A stretch of 64,000 bases of DNA from Sedimentisphaerales bacterium (GCA_040772485.1 JAXGYC010000009.1:288001-352000); one strand, 5' to 3'. Shown: positions 1-10,093, counted from the stretch's first letter. The notes: generated by a model not told the origin, from the sequence alone. Made by a program: numbers and translations.

Positions 1-255
1 TTGATCCAGCAGGCCGGCTACGAGCGGTGGAAGGGTCACGACATGCAGACCCGCGCCTACGACAACGCCGAGCAGGGGATCGACCGCGTGGTCCGCAGCG
101 TGCTGAGCTGGGAGGCCTGCGAGCAGGCGGCCCGCAAGCTCAACACCAAGGCGCTGCTCAAGGCCCTGGCCCAGCGCGAGACCGCCAAGGCCGAGGACAT
201 GATGCGAGCCGCGGTCGTCATGGCGCAGAACGCCTTCGACGAAATGTATAAGTAG
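1..255 (+). CDS. C-terminal fragment of a probable sugar isomerase (xylose isomerase-like TIM barrel), truncated by the window edge
   Basis: Open frame from base 1 to TAG at 253-255. GYERWKGHDMQ..AYD resembles the last strand and metal-ligand region of xylose/rhamnose isomerase-like barrels, followed by a helical tail. Confidence 0.45.
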   Translation: MIQQAGYERWKGHDMQTRAYDNAEQGIDRVVRSVLSWEACEQAARKLNTKALLKALAQRETAKAEDMMRAAVVMAQNAFDEMYK

Positions 256-275
256 TGTTCCGGCGGGTGGGAACG

Positions 276-1907
276 ATGGATGCATCGCTCTGTACTCGTC
301 GTGAATTTCTGAGGGCGGCCGGTTTCGGTGCCGTGGCGGTGTCCCTGGGCGGGCGCCTGCGGGCATCGGAGTCGGCCGCTTCGACGAAGCCGGCGCGCAG
401 GCAGCCCAATATCGTGCTGATCATGGCGGACGATATGGGGTACTCCGACCTCGGTTGCTACGGCGGGGAGGTCCACACGCCCAATCTCGACCGGCTTGCC
501 TCGGAGGGCATTCGCTTCTCGCAGTTCTACAACGGCGCTCGCTGCTGCCCGACGCGGGCGTCGCTGCTGACCGGGCTCTACGCCCACCAGGCAGGCATCG
601 GTTTCATGGTCGGCAATCTGGGCTATCGGGCCTATCAAGGCCACTTGAACGAGCAATGTGTTACGATCGCCGAGGCGCTTCGCCCGGCGGGCTATCGCAC
701 CATGATGTCGGGCAAGTGGCACGTGGGCGAGGATCGGCCCCACTGGCCGAGAGATCGGGGCTTCGATCGCTACTTCGGCCTGATCAGCGGAGCGGCCAAT
801 TACTTCGACCCGACCAAGACCAAGGCGGACGGCGTGGTGCGGAAGATGGCTCTCGACGACCAGCCGTACACGCCGCCCAAAGAGAGTTTTTACATCACCG
901 ATGCCTTCACCGATCACGCCGTGACGTTTCTCGACGAATGCCGACAGGACGACAAGCCGTTCTTCCTCTACCTCGCCTACACCGCGCCCCATTGGCCTCT
1001 GCATGCCTGGCCCGAAGACATCGCCAAGTACCAGGGCAAGTACCGCAAGGGCTGGGACCGGCTCCGCGAAGAGCGACGAGCGCGCATGATCGAGATGGGC
1101 CTGATCCGCGAGGAGTGGGCGATGTCGCCGCGAGATAAGGAGACGTGGCCCTGGGACGAAGAGAAAAATCAGGAGCTGATGGACCTGAAGATGGCGGTCT
1201 ACGCCGCCCAGATTGAGCGGATGGACGCGGGCATCGGGCGGGTGCTCAGGAAGATCGAGGAACTTGGCAAGCGGGACAACACGCTGGTGATGTTCCTGGC
1301 CGACAACGGCGGCTGCGCCGAGGGCGGCCCGACCGGCTTCGACAATCGCAAGAACGGACTGCCTCCCGGCGGTGTCGACTCGTATATGAGCTACGGGCTT
1401 TCCTGGGCCAACGCGAGCAATACGCCGTTCCGCAGATACAAGCACTGGGTCCACGAAGGCGGGATCGCGACGCCGTTTATCGTGAGCTGGCCCGCGGCGA
1501 TAAAGAAGGGCGGGACGATCACGCACGAGGTCGGGCACATCATCGACGTGATGGCGACGTGCGTCGATGCGGCCGGCGCGGAGTATCCGAGGACGCACAA
1601 GGGGCAGGCGGTGACGCCGCTGGAGGGAAAGAGCCTGGTGCCGATCTTCCGCGATGGCGGGAAAAAGGGGCACGATGCGCTCTTCTGGGAGCACGAGGGC
1701 AACCGAGCGGTGCGGCAGGGCAGGTGGAAACTCGTCCGGGCGCACGGCGGGCCGTGGGAGCTGTACGACCTGGAAGCCGACCGCACCGAATTGCACGATC
1801 TGGCGGGCAAGCACCCGGACAAAGTACAGGAACTCACGGCTTTGTATGAAGGCTGGGCCACACGTTGCGGCGTTCGGCCCTGGCCGATCCAGAGGCCCAA
1901 GACCTGA
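276..1907 (+). CDS. Arylsulfatase (Cys-type formylglycine sulfatase), Tat-exported
   Basis: TRREFL Tat motif, PNIVLIMADDMG, CCPTRASLLTG signature, GKWH, DNG and K..VHEGG motifs. ATG at 276 chosen as start. Confidence 0.95.
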   Translation: MDASLCTRREFLRAAGFGAVAVSLGGRLRASESAASTKPARRQPNIVLIMADDMGYSDLGCYGGEVHTPNLDRLASEGIRFSQFYNGARCCPTRASLLTGLYAHQAGIGFMVGNLGYRAYQGHLNEQCVTIAEALRPAGYRTMMSGKWHVGEDRPHWPRDRGFDRYFGLISGAANYFDPTKTKADGVVRKMALDDQPYTPPKESFYITDAFTDHAVTFLDECRQDDKPFFLYLAYTAPHWPLHAWPEDIAKYQGKYRKGWDRLREERRARMIEMGLIREEWAMSPRDKETWPWDEEKNQELMDLKMAVYAAQIERMDAGIGRVLRKIEELGKRDNTLVMFLADNGGCAEGGPTGFDNRKNGLPPGGVDSYMSYGLSWANASNTPFRRYKHWVHEGGIATPFIVSWPAAIKKGGTITHEVGHIIDVMATCVDAAGAEYPRTHKGQAVTPLEGKSLVPIFRDGGKKGHDALFWEHEGNRAVRQGRWKLVRAHGGPWELYDLEADRTELHDLAGKHPDKVQELTALYEGWATRCGVRPWPIQRPKT

Positions 1908-1943
1908 CGTCCCAGCGAGAATGCAGCGGATAGGGGAGAGACT

Positions 1944-3083
1944 ATGGCGAAGGATCGTCTGCTGTTTGTGGATAATCTCCGCACCCTGGTGATCGTGCTG
2001 GTGATCCTGGTGCACCTGTCCATCACCTACGGCGGCGTCGGAGGATGGTACTACTACGAGAGGCCGACGACCGAGCTGTCTTTCATCGTCCTGACCTTCT
2101 TCAACGTCGTGTGTCAGTCCTTCTTTATGGGTCTTCTCTTCCTCCTCTCGGCCTATCTGGCGGTCGGCTCGTACGACCGCAAAGGCCCCAGGCTCTTCCT
2201 GCGCGACCGCTTCCTGCGGCTCGGTATCCCACTGTTGATTTTCGAATTCGTCATTCATCCGTTCCAGCTCTACCCGCTGATCCAAGCCGGAGCCATCCAC
2301 ATTGAGGGTTCGTTCGGCGATCTGCTTGCTCGCTACTACCGCTCGTTCCACATCGGCAGCGGCCCTCTCTGGTTTGTCGAAATCCTGCTGATCTTCGCTC
2401 TCGTGTACACCGCCATACGTGTGGCCTTTCCACGACGGCCCAAGCTTGGTGCGGACTTGTTGCCGCCGCCAGGGATGGGCGCCACCCTGCTATTCGCCTT
2501 GGCGCTCGGCGTTCTCAGTTTCGTGGTTCGCTTCTGGTTTCCTTTTGGCTGGGCCTTCGGTCCGCTCAACCTCCAGTTGTGCTTCTTCGTTCAGTATATC
2601 GCGATGCTTGTCGTCGGCGTCGTCGCGTATCGCAACGATTGGTTGGTGCGCGTGCCAAAGGCGACCGGAAGGCTGGCGCTGGGCCTGGCCGTATTCCTGA
2701 TCGCAGTGGTGTTCCCGGCGATGTTCATCCTGGGTGGAGCCGCCAAGGGCAACGAGGTGGTGTTCTTCGGCGGATGGCACTGGCAGGCCTTCGCCTACGC
2801 GACGTGGGAGCAGTTCACCTGCGTCGCCATGATCATCGCCCTCACCGTGCTCTTTCGAGAGCGTTTCAACCGCCAGGGCCGGCTCGCGCGAGAAGCGTCA
2901 GCCAGCAGCTACGCAACCTACGTCATCCACACGCCGGTCATCATCCTCTTCGCGCTGGCGGTCCGACATGTCACGATATATCCTCTCCTGAAGTTCGTCG
3001 TCGTCTCGCTGGTGCTGGTTCCGCTGTGTTTTCTGCTGGCGGCCGGCACCCGCCGCCTCCCCGGCGCCCGCCGGATTCTGTGA
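1944..3083 (+). CDS. Acyltransferase family 3 membrane protein (OpgC/MdoC-like)
   Basis: RL.FVDNLR...LVILVH N-terminus, FFMGLLFLLS, LRDRFLRLGIP, GPLWFV and SYA.YVIH motifs; about 10 TM segments; GGAG RBS. Confidence 0.9.
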   Translation: MAKDRLLFVDNLRTLVIVLVILVHLSITYGGVGGWYYYERPTTELSFIVLTFFNVVCQSFFMGLLFLLSAYLAVGSYDRKGPRLFLRDRFLRLGIPLLIFEFVIHPFQLYPLIQAGAIHIEGSFGDLLARYYRSFHIGSGPLWFVEILLIFALVYTAIRVAFPRRPKLGADLLPPPGMGATLLFALALGVLSFVVRFWFPFGWAFGPLNLQLCFFVQYIAMLVVGVVAYRNDWLVRVPKATGRLALGLAVFLIAVVFPAMFILGGAAKGNEVVFFGGWHWQAFAYATWEQFTCVAMIIALTVLFRERFNRQGRLAREASASSYATYVIHTPVIILFALAVRHVTIYPLLKFVVVSLVLVPLCFLLAAGTRRLPGARRIL

Positions 3084-3089
3084 GGCGCA

Positions 3090-4160
3090 TCAAAGGATCA
3101 GCATGGCATCGCCGTAGGAGTAGAAGCGGTAGTGCTGTTCGACGGCGTGGCGATAGGCGGCCAGCGTGCGGTCGAGGCCGGCAAAGGCCGCGACGAGCGC
3201 CAGCAGCGTGCTGCGGGGCAGGTGGAAGTTGGTGATCATGGCGTCGACGATCTTGAACTCGTAGCCTGGGGTGATGAACAGGCCCGTTGTCCCCATACCG
3301 GGCGCCATGCAGCGGCCGGATGCAACGGTCTCCAGCACGCGCGTCGCCGTCGTGCCGACCGCCACGATGCGCCCGCCCGCCTGCCTGGCTTCGTTGATGG
3401 CGCGGGCGTTCTCCTCATCGATCTGGTACCACTCGTGGTGAATCTCGTGGTCCTCGAGGTTCTCGGTCGTCACCGGCTTGAACGTTCCGGTCCCGACGTG
3501 GAGCGTCACCGAGGCCAGACGCACTCCCTGCTGCTGCAACTGGACCAGCAGGGACTCCGTGAAGTGCAGACCAGCAGTCGGCGCGGCCACCGCGCCGGGG
3601 GCGCGGGCGTAGACCGTCTGGTAGCGCTGCCGGTCCTCCTGAGCCTGATCGATGTTGCCATCGCGGCGAATATACGGGGGCAATGGGGGGAATCCCACCT
3701 CCTCGAGGATTTCCTCGGCGCTTCGGTTGGAGTCGATCTTGAGCAGGCACACTCCGTCCGGCCTCTTCTCGATCAGCTCCGCTTCGCAACGATGTCCCCT
3801 GCGCCGATCCACGATGCGGATGCGTTCGCCGGGGCGGACCTTGCGAGCGCCTTTGAGCATCACCTCCCAAACGGCCGGCGTGTCGGGCCGCTCGGCCAGG
3901 AACAAGCCTTCGATCGAGGCCCCGGTCTTGCGTTCGGCGAAGAATCGCGCGGGTAGCACCCTCGTGTCATTCAGCACGAGACAATCCCCGGCACGCAGGA
4001 ACCGGCTCAGGTCGGTGAAGCGACAGTCTAATAAGGTAGGGGCGACGCATGCGTCGCCCTTGCGATCCAGGACGAGCAGTCGCGATTCGCTTCGCGAAGG
4101 CGTCGGCGTCTGCGCAATCCGTTCCGGCGGAAGCTCGTAATCGAACAGCTCTGTTCTCAT
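3090..4160 (-). CDS. queA: S-adenosylmethionine:tRNA ribosyltransferase-isomerase
   Basis: FDYELPPERIAQ, PPLPPYI, YQTVYA, AVAAPTAGLHF, TLHVG.GTF, TNFHLP.STL and YRFYSYGDAM motifs. Confidence 0.98.
   Translation of the reverse strand: MRTELFDYELPPERIAQTPTPSRSESRLLVLDRKGDACVAPTLLDCRFTDLSRFLRAGDCLVLNDTRVLPARFFAERKTGASIEGLFLAERPDTPAVWEVMLKGARKVRPGERIRIVDRRRGHRCEAELIEKRPDGVCLLKIDSNRSAEEILEEVGFPPLPPYIRRDGNIDQAQEDRQRYQTVYARAPGAVAAPTAGLHFTESLLVQLQQQGVRLASVTLHVGTGTFKPVTTENLEDHEIHHEWYQIDEENARAINEARQAGGRIVAVGTTATRVLETVASGRCMAPGMGTTGLFITPGYEFKIVDAMITNFHLPRSTLLALVAAFAGLDRTLAAYRHAVEQHYRFYSYGDAMLIL
4036..4060 (+). repeat. GTAG-family REP palindrome inside the queA coding sequence
   Basis: GTAG followed by the perfect palindrome GGGCGACGCATGCGTCGCCC. 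Same architecture as intergenic REPs at 22627, 59537 and 63955. Confidence 0.8.
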
Positions 4161-4357
4161 CGGCGTATGTTATCAGACGAGGTTGTAAACAGACGAATAT
4201 TTTTCCGCCCGACAATGCGTCAATTCCGGGGGTGGGACCCGTTTGCGAGATTCTCAGGCAAAGTGGTCCGCTCGGCTGGGCGATATGGATGCGTCAGGGC
4301 GAGCACCACGGGGGTGCTTCCGGGAACGACAGCCACGAGAATCTGAAGGTCACGACT

Positions 4358-4555
4358 GTGTATTCACAAGGACGTTTCGAGCAGGTTGCCACATCGATCG
4401 CCGTGCTGGGCCGGCGCGAGCTCAAGAGCCGGATCAAGAATTTCCGCGGGCGCTTCAAGCTCGACTTCACCGACGACTATCTCGACGCGATGGACATCGA
4501 CCGGCTCCGCCACCTCCTCCTGGCTGCCCTGATCAACGCCAGGAGCCACCACTGA
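4358..4555 (+). CDS. Small hypothetical protein (about 65 aa), divergent from queA
   Basis: GTG start about 8 nt after GAAGG. Typical GC3 codon usage from 4358 onward, unlike the upstream ORF extension. Amphipathic helical sequence (..GRFKLDFTDDYL..DRLRHLLLAAL). Confidence 0.7.
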   Translation: MYSQGRFEQVATSIAVLGRRELKSRIKNFRGRFKLDFTDDYLDAMDIDRLRHLLLAALINARSHH

Positions 4556-4729
4556 CCGTTGCCCGTCGATCCGTCTGAGCGCAGGGCGGGCGGCGTACAC
4601 TTCTGTCGAATTCGCTGCATCCACGACACTTCCGATTGCTGACCTCGGCTCTGGAAATTCCCATTCGGGTCCGCTATACTGCCCTTGATCAGGTTCGCGC
4701 ATCGATTCCAGAATGGGAAGGGGCCGGTC

Positions 4730-7006
4730 ATGCAATGTCTCTCGTTATGGTCGCTGCTGGTGTGCCTGGAGCTATCCGCGTCTGCATCGGTAACTCCGGC
4801 GGGAATTCCCTGGGAGCCGGTGGGGCTGTCGGGTGGGGGTGGAATGTTCTCGCCGGCGATCTCGCCGGCCGACCCGAATCTGATGATGCTCAACTGCGAC
4901 ATGAGCGCCGCCTACATCTCCGAGGATGGTGGCCACCACTGGCGGATGATTCACCACGCGCAGCTTCGTAGTGATACCCGTTGCCGGCCGGCCTTTCATC
5001 CGCACGACCCCAATATCATCTATGCGTCGTCGGGCGGCCGGCTGCGGATCAGCCGGGACCGGGGGCGGACCTTCGCGCCCATCGGGGACCTGAACGACTC
5101 GCTGTACGGCGAGATCGCCATCGATCCATCGGAGCCGCACGTCATGCTGGCCGGCATGCGGAATGGAGGATGCCGAATCTCGCGCGACGCGGGGCTGACG
5201 TGGGCGCCGTGCGCCGGGCCGGAAGGACAGGTACTCGGCTTCCATTTCGACCGCACGAACAAGGGCCGCATCCTGTTTGCCGCGACGGACCAGGGGATCT
5301 GGCGATCCGACGATGCCGGCCAGACGTGGGCGACAAAGACCGACGGCCTGCCCTCGACGAGCATCCAGGGCTTTGCCGGCGGGTCGAACGAGGCCGGCGG
5401 CCGCATCGTTCTCTATTGCACCGTCCCCAGCAAGGACGAAGGCGGCGTCTTCACCGGCGGCGTCTTCCGCTCGATGGACCGGGGCGACACCTGGCAGTCG
5501 GCTATGGGCGCGGGCATCAACACCGGGACGAAGCAGATCGATCAATGGGCCTACGGCCCCATCGCCCAGTACAGGCAGGTCCTGACGACCGACGCCGATC
5601 CGCGCACCGTATACGCGTTGAACACCAGCACGGGGTTCCATCCGCCCCACCACGAGACGGTGTATCGCAGCGACGACGCCGGGCGCACGTGGCGGGCCAC
5701 CTTTTTCCAGGACCCGCGATTCGAGCAATACAACGTCGCTCCCAACTATGTCACGGCCTCGGTGGGCCAATCGCTCAAGGGAGGCGACACGCCCTTCGGG
5801 GCGGCCATCTGTAACAGCGACCCGAATCGCCTGATCCTGGTGTGGAGCGAATCCTATATCACGCACGACGGCGGCGATTCATGGTTCAACGGCGACACCT
5901 ACGTCGCGCCCGGGCACGAGGCCGGGCCCGGCTGCGCCTGGGCCTGCACGGGCCTGGTCGTCACCACCACGTGGCACTACTACATCGATCCCTTCGAGGC
6001 GAACCGTCACTACATCGCCTACACCGACATCGGCTTTGCCCGCTCGCTCGATGTGGGCCAGACCTGGATCTGGTGGGACAAGAACACCTGGGCCCCGTGG
6101 CGAAACACCTGCTACGAAATCGCGTTCGACCCGGAGGCGCCGGGCAAGATGTGGGGCGCGTTCTCCGACGTGCACGACATCCCCAACGACAACATCATCT
6201 CCGAGCGTCACGGGCACAATCGGCCCGGCGGCGTGTGCATCTCGCGTGACTTCGGCGCCTCCTGGCAGGCGGAGGCGCAGGGCATCCCGCCCAGGCCGGT
6301 GACGTCGGTCGTGCTCGATCCGAAGAGCCCGAAGGGCCGGCGCACGCTGTTTGCCGGCGTGTTCGACGAGGGCGTCTACAAATCCATCGACGACGGCAGG
6401 ACGTGGACGCTCAGGAAGACCGGTTTGGGCGATCCGAAGAACATGCGAGTCAGCCGCGTGGTCCTCCATGCTGACGGGACGCTTTTTGCGATGGTCTGCG
6501 CCAAGCGGCCGGCCCAGGGCCGACCCCTGATCAGCGAGGGCGTGGGGCTGTACCGGTCCACTGACAGGGCCGAGACATGGGAGAAGGTGAACCCGCCGAA
6601 GGCGGGCCTGTTTCTGTATCCCAAGGACTTTTCCGTCCATCCGGCCGACAGCAACGTGATCCTCCTCGGCGCGTGCGACGCCGACAGCCAGGACCGGTCG
6701 GGCGGTCTGTACGGCACCAAGGACGGCGGGCGCTCATGGCAGCGTCTCGGCCGGCAAGGGCGGCAAACCTTCGGCGGATATTTCCATCCGGAGCGCGAAG
6801 GATGGATCTACATGACGCTCACCGAAGGCGCGCCCGGCGCCGGCCTGTGGCTCTCGCGGGACCACGGCCGCTCCTGGCAGGCGTTTGACGACCTGCCTTT
6901 CTCGAACGTCCAACGCGTTGCGTTCGCCCCATCGGACCAGCGCGTGGTGTACGTCACCACCTTCGGCGGCAGCGTGTGGCGCGGTCCGATCGAGCCGGTC
7001 GAGTGA
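4730..7006 (+). CDS. Secreted BNR/Asp-box beta-propeller protein, GH74 xyloglucanase-like
   Basis: Signal peptide, many S.D.G.TW Asp-boxes, and GGGG..AISP.DPN..NCDM and AYTDIG motifs at the GH74 catalytic-Asp positions. TGGAAA-17-TATACT promoter-like sequence at 4652-4680. Confidence 0.85.
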   Translation: MQCLSLWSLLVCLELSASASVTPAGIPWEPVGLSGGGGMFSPAISPADPNLMMLNCDMSAAYISEDGGHHWRMIHHAQLRSDTRCRPAFHPHDPNIIYASSGGRLRISRDRGRTFAPIGDLNDSLYGEIAIDPSEPHVMLAGMRNGGCRISRDAGLTWAPCAGPEGQVLGFHFDRTNKGRILFAATDQGIWRSDDAGQTWATKTDGLPSTSIQGFAGGSNEAGGRIVLYCTVPSKDEGGVFTGGVFRSMDRGDTWQSAMGAGINTGTKQIDQWAYGPIAQYRQVLTTDADPRTVYALNTSTGFHPPHHETVYRSDDAGRTWRATFFQDPRFEQYNVAPNYVTASVGQSLKGGDTPFGAAICNSDPNRLILVWSESYITHDGGDSWFNGDTYVAPGHEAGPGCAWACTGLVVTTTWHYYIDPFEANRHYIAYTDIGFARSLDVGQTWIWWDKNTWAPWRNTCYEIAFDPEAPGKMWGAFSDVHDIPNDNIISERHGHNRPGGVCISRDFGASWQAEAQGIPPRPVTSVVLDPKSPKGRRTLFAGVFDEGVYKSIDDGRTWTLRKTGLGDPKNMRVSRVVLHADGTLFAMVCAKRPAQGRPLISEGVGLYRSTDRAETWEKVNPPKAGLFLYPKDFSVHPADSNVILLGACDADSQDRSGGLYGTKDGGRSWQRLGRQGRQTFGGYFHPEREGWIYMTLTEGAPGAGLWLSRDHGRSWQAFDDLPFSNVQRVAFAPSDQRVVYVTTFGGSVWRGPIEPVE

Positions 7007-7015
7007 CCAGTTCGT

Positions 7016-7039
7016 CGTGTGCCCGTGAGGGCACACTAC
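7016..7039 (-). repeat. GTAG-REP palindrome between convergent genes
   Basis: Minus strand reads GTAGTGTGCCCTCACGGGCACACG. Confidence 0.7.
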
Positions 7040-7064
7040 AAATCCAAACGCGCATACCGTCAAC

Positions 7065-8495
7065 CTACACGCTGTCGGGAACGACGAAAGGTTCGCGATA
7101 GGTGCGGCGGATCAGCGCGTTGGCTTCCGACGTGAATTGCCCTGTGAAGGTTTCCGTCTTCGGGTCCAAGGTCAGCCAGGGTCCGAGGATTCGCGGTGTC
7201 TGCTGGAGATCCACGCCGTTGACGAGCAGGTGCTCCTGCATGCGCTCGAAGCACTCGGTCATGCCCTCGGCATCCTTGATCCTCTCGACGATCTTGTCGC
7301 GCGAGGCCTCCGTCCCCAGCCGGTGTGAGATATTGCCCATGTGGCACAGGGCGCTGGAGAGGTGGCCTTCGAGGATATCCGCATGGAGGTCGCCGACCTT
7401 GCGGCTGCGGACGGCGTCGATGAAGTTGGCGTGGTGCCCGGCGCCCTCGGTGACCTGGAATTGCCGGATCTTCTTGCCGTCGTTGTCGTAAGCCCACCCG
7501 CCGACGAAGTAGCCTTTCTCGCAGTGGACCACGGTTCCGGCCGACGTGCCGTAGTAATAGTCCATCGCCTTGTTGCCTTTGTCTCGCGGCAAGCCGCGAA
7601 CCTCGAAGATGATCGGCGCGGGCCGGTAGTCGTAGAAGAGAATCTGCGTGTTGGGCGTCTGCCCGTCGTCGATGTATCCGAAGCGGCCGCCAATCGAGAT
7701 CACGCGACGCGGCAGTTCGTTGGCACCGAGGACCCAGCGGCAGATGTCGATGAAGTGAATCCCATTGTTGCCGAAGTCGCCGTTGCCGGTCGGCCAGACC
7801 CAGTGCCAGTCGTAGTGCAGACTCTTGCGCATCAGCGGGTCCATGGGGGCCGGCCCGCACCACAGATTGTAGTCCACCGTCTCGGGCACCGGCTGGGGCC
7901 CGTCCACCTTTCCGATGCTGTCGCGGCGGACGTAGACGATGCCCCGAACGGACTTGATCGCGCCGAGGTGACCCTGCCGGATGTATTCGATTGCCTCGGC
8001 CAGACCCGTGTCCGAGCGGCGTTGTATGCCGCTCTGGACGATCCGGTTGTACTTGCGAGCGGCCTTGACCATCTGGCGGCCTTCCCACATGTCGTGTGAG
8101 ACGGGTTTCTCGACGTACACGTCCTTGCCCGCCTGGCAGGCCCAGACGGTGGCCAGGGCGTGCCAGTGATTCGGCGTGGCTGTGATGACGGCGTCGATGC
8201 TCTTGTCGTCGAGAAGCTTGCGCAGATCGACGCAGGTATCGACCGTTTCCTGGCGGTCGCGGAACTTCTTCTCTTCGCGATCGAGAAGGGCCTGGTCGGC
8301 GTCGCAGATGGCCACCACGCGCACGCCGGGGATGGCGCTGAACCACTTGATGTGATTGCTTCCCTGATTGCGCAGCCCGATGACACCGATGCGAATGGCG
8401 TCGTTGGCGCCGCGGACTCGCGAAAACGGCATCGCCAGGGACAGCCCGGCGGCCAGCGATCCTTTGAGAACGGCTCTTCGAGTGGTGTGTTCCAT
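7065..8495 (-). CDS. Gfo/Idh/MocA family oxidoreductase, Tat signal
   Basis: TRRAVLK Tat motif, IRIGVIG, ATPNHWH, GKDVYVEKP, QRRS and GIHFID motifs. Confidence 0.95.
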   Translation of the reverse strand: MEHTTRRAVLKGSLAAGLSLAMPFSRVRGANDAIRIGVIGLRNQGSNHIKWFSAIPGVRVVAICDADQALLDREEKKFRDRQETVDTCVDLRKLLDDKSIDAVITATPNHWHALATVWACQAGKDVYVEKPVSHDMWEGRQMVKAARKYNRIVQSGIQRRSDTGLAEAIEYIRQGHLGAIKSVRGIVYVRRDSIGKVDGPQPVPETVDYNLWCGPAPMDPLMRKSLHYDWHWVWPTGNGDFGNNGIHFIDICRWVLGANELPRRVISIGGRFGYIDDGQTPNTQILFYDYRPAPIIFEVRGLPRDKGNKAMDYYYGTSAGTVVHCEKGYFVGGWAYDNDGKKIRQFQVTEGAGHHANFIDAVRSRKVGDLHADILEGHLSSALCHMGNISHRLGTEASRDKIVERIKDAEGMTECFERMQEHLLVNGVDLQQTPRILGPWLTLDPKTETFTGQFTSEANALIRRTYREPFVVPDSV

Positions 8496-8519
8496 GATAG
8501 GCCCCTTTTTCCATGGTGG

Positions 8520-8615
8520 AATGTAAAGATCAAAAGGCAAGAATCAAACTGGCGGCATCCGCCTTCGGCGGATAACCTCCTAAATTTTGACATTTGATTC
8601 TTGAATTCTGATCTC
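8520..8615. repeat. Degenerate heptamer tandem-repeat inverted element
   Basis: ATCAAAA/GGCAAGA/ATCAAAC faces TTTTGAC/ATTTGAT/TCTTGAA/TTCTGAT around the hairpin ATCCGCCTTCGGCGGAT. Confidence 0.6.
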
Positions 8616-8663
8616 TCTATACCACGAGTCGCCTCAAGGGTCAACCGCCCGACGACTTGCAGG

Positions 8664-8692
8664 TTGTCGCCGCGCGAGGGCCGCTGTAGAAT
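8664..8692 (+). promoter_or_regulatory. Putative sigma70 promoter of the DAACS transporter
   Basis: TTGTCG-17 bp-TAGAAT. Confidence 0.55.
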
Positions 8693-8748
8693 CCTGGCAC
8701 CGTGTGCCGCAAGGACGGCACGGCCTCATGGAAAGGACGAACAGGCCC

Positions 8749-10077
8749 ATGAAGAAGCTGCTGTGGCTCTACTTCCAGACGTCTCTGATCCTGCGGATTC
8801 TCGCTGGTTTCCTCATCGGCTCGCTGATCGGCGTTCTGTTCTGGTACCTGTCCCGCTCGGGCGAGGCAACGATCTCGCAAGCCGTCGTCCCCTATGTCCT
8901 TCCCTTCGGGGAGGTCTTCGTTCACATGCTCAAGATGATCGTGGTGCCGATCATCTTCTTTTCTCTGGTGGGCGGCGCTTCGAGTCTGCCGATCAAAAGG
9001 TTCGGGCACATCGGGCTCAAGACCATCGGCTGGTATCTCGCGACGAGCCTTCTGGCGGCGGTCCTGGGGACCGGTTTGGCGTTGGCGCTGGACCCGGGGG
9101 CCGGCGCCGGCCTGGATGCGTGGCGGAAGCTGGCGGATCTCAAGATGACGGAGGCAGGCGACGTGGCCAAGGGCGCGACCGAGCAGGGGACGCTTTCGCA
9201 GATCGTGCTGAACCTGTTCCGCAATCCGTTCGAGGCGCTGGCGACCGGCAATTTCCTGCCCATCATCATCTTCGCCATCCTGTTCGGCCTGGCGATTCGT
9301 GTGCTGATCGAGGCAGGTGAGGCCCGTCAGATCAGGCGTCTGGAGGGCTTGATCGATTTGCTGGAAGCCAGCCGGGACGCCATGTTCAAGCTGGTCGACT
9401 GGATTCTCGAGTACTCCCCCATCGGTGTGCTGGCCCTGTCGATCGTCAACTTCGGTCTCTACGGCCCATCCATCGTCGGGCCCTACGTCAGCGTGACGCT
9501 GGGTGTCATCCTGGGCATCGCCGCGATGGTCTTCGTGGTCTATCCCCTGCTGCTGTGGGCCGTGACGCGTCACAATCCGTTCGGCGTGCTCAAGCGAATC
9601 AAAGAGCCGATGATCATGGCGTTCATCACGCGCAGCAGCGCTGCGACGCTGCCGGTGTCGATCAAGACGGCCGAACAGGAACTGAAGATCCACAACGAGC
9701 TGGCCAGCTTCTCGCTGCCCCTGGGGGCGACGATCAACATGGACGGCGTCTGCGTTCACCTGCCGATGTTCGCGGTTCTGGCGGCCAACATGTTCGACGT
9801 CAAGCTGACGCTCGGCATGCTGGTGGTGCTGGTGATCACCACGGTGCTCTCGTCCATCGGCGCCGGAGGCGTCCCCGGCGGTAGCCTCATGCTGCTTTTC
9901 ATCATTCTCGAAAGCATGGGCCTGGGCGCCGAGCAGGTGGCGGTGATCGTCGCGCTGGCGCTCGGAATCAATCCCATTCTCGACATGTTCGAGACGATGA
10001 ACAACGTCACCGGCGACCTGGTCTGCTCCTACGCAGTCGCTGCCAGGGAGAACCTCGTGCACCGCGAATCCGTGTGA
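8749..10077 (+). CDS. Dicarboxylate/amino acid:cation symporter (DAACS, GltP family)
   Basis: F..MLKMIVVP, AFITRSSAATLP, LPLGATINMDG, SIGAGGVPGG and DMFETMNNVTGD motifs. Confidence 0.96.
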   Translation: MKKLLWLYFQTSLILRILAGFLIGSLIGVLFWYLSRSGEATISQAVVPYVLPFGEVFVHMLKMIVVPIIFFSLVGGASSLPIKRFGHIGLKTIGWYLATSLLAAVLGTGLALALDPGAGAGLDAWRKLADLKMTEAGDVAKGATEQGTLSQIVLNLFRNPFEALATGNFLPIIIFAILFGLAIRVLIEAGEARQIRRLEGLIDLLEASRDAMFKLVDWILEYSPIGVLALSIVNFGLYGPSIVGPYVSVTLGVILGIAAMVFVVYPLLLWAVTRHNPFGVLKRIKEPMIMAFITRSSAATLPVSIKTAEQELKIHNELASFSLPLGATINMDGVCVHLPMFAVLAANMFDVKLTLGMLVVLVITTVLSSIGAGGVPGGSLMLLFIILESMGLGAEQVAVIVALALGINPILDMFETMNNVTGDLVCSYAVAARENLVHRESV

Positions 10078-10093
10078 GACGCGCCGCAGCATG

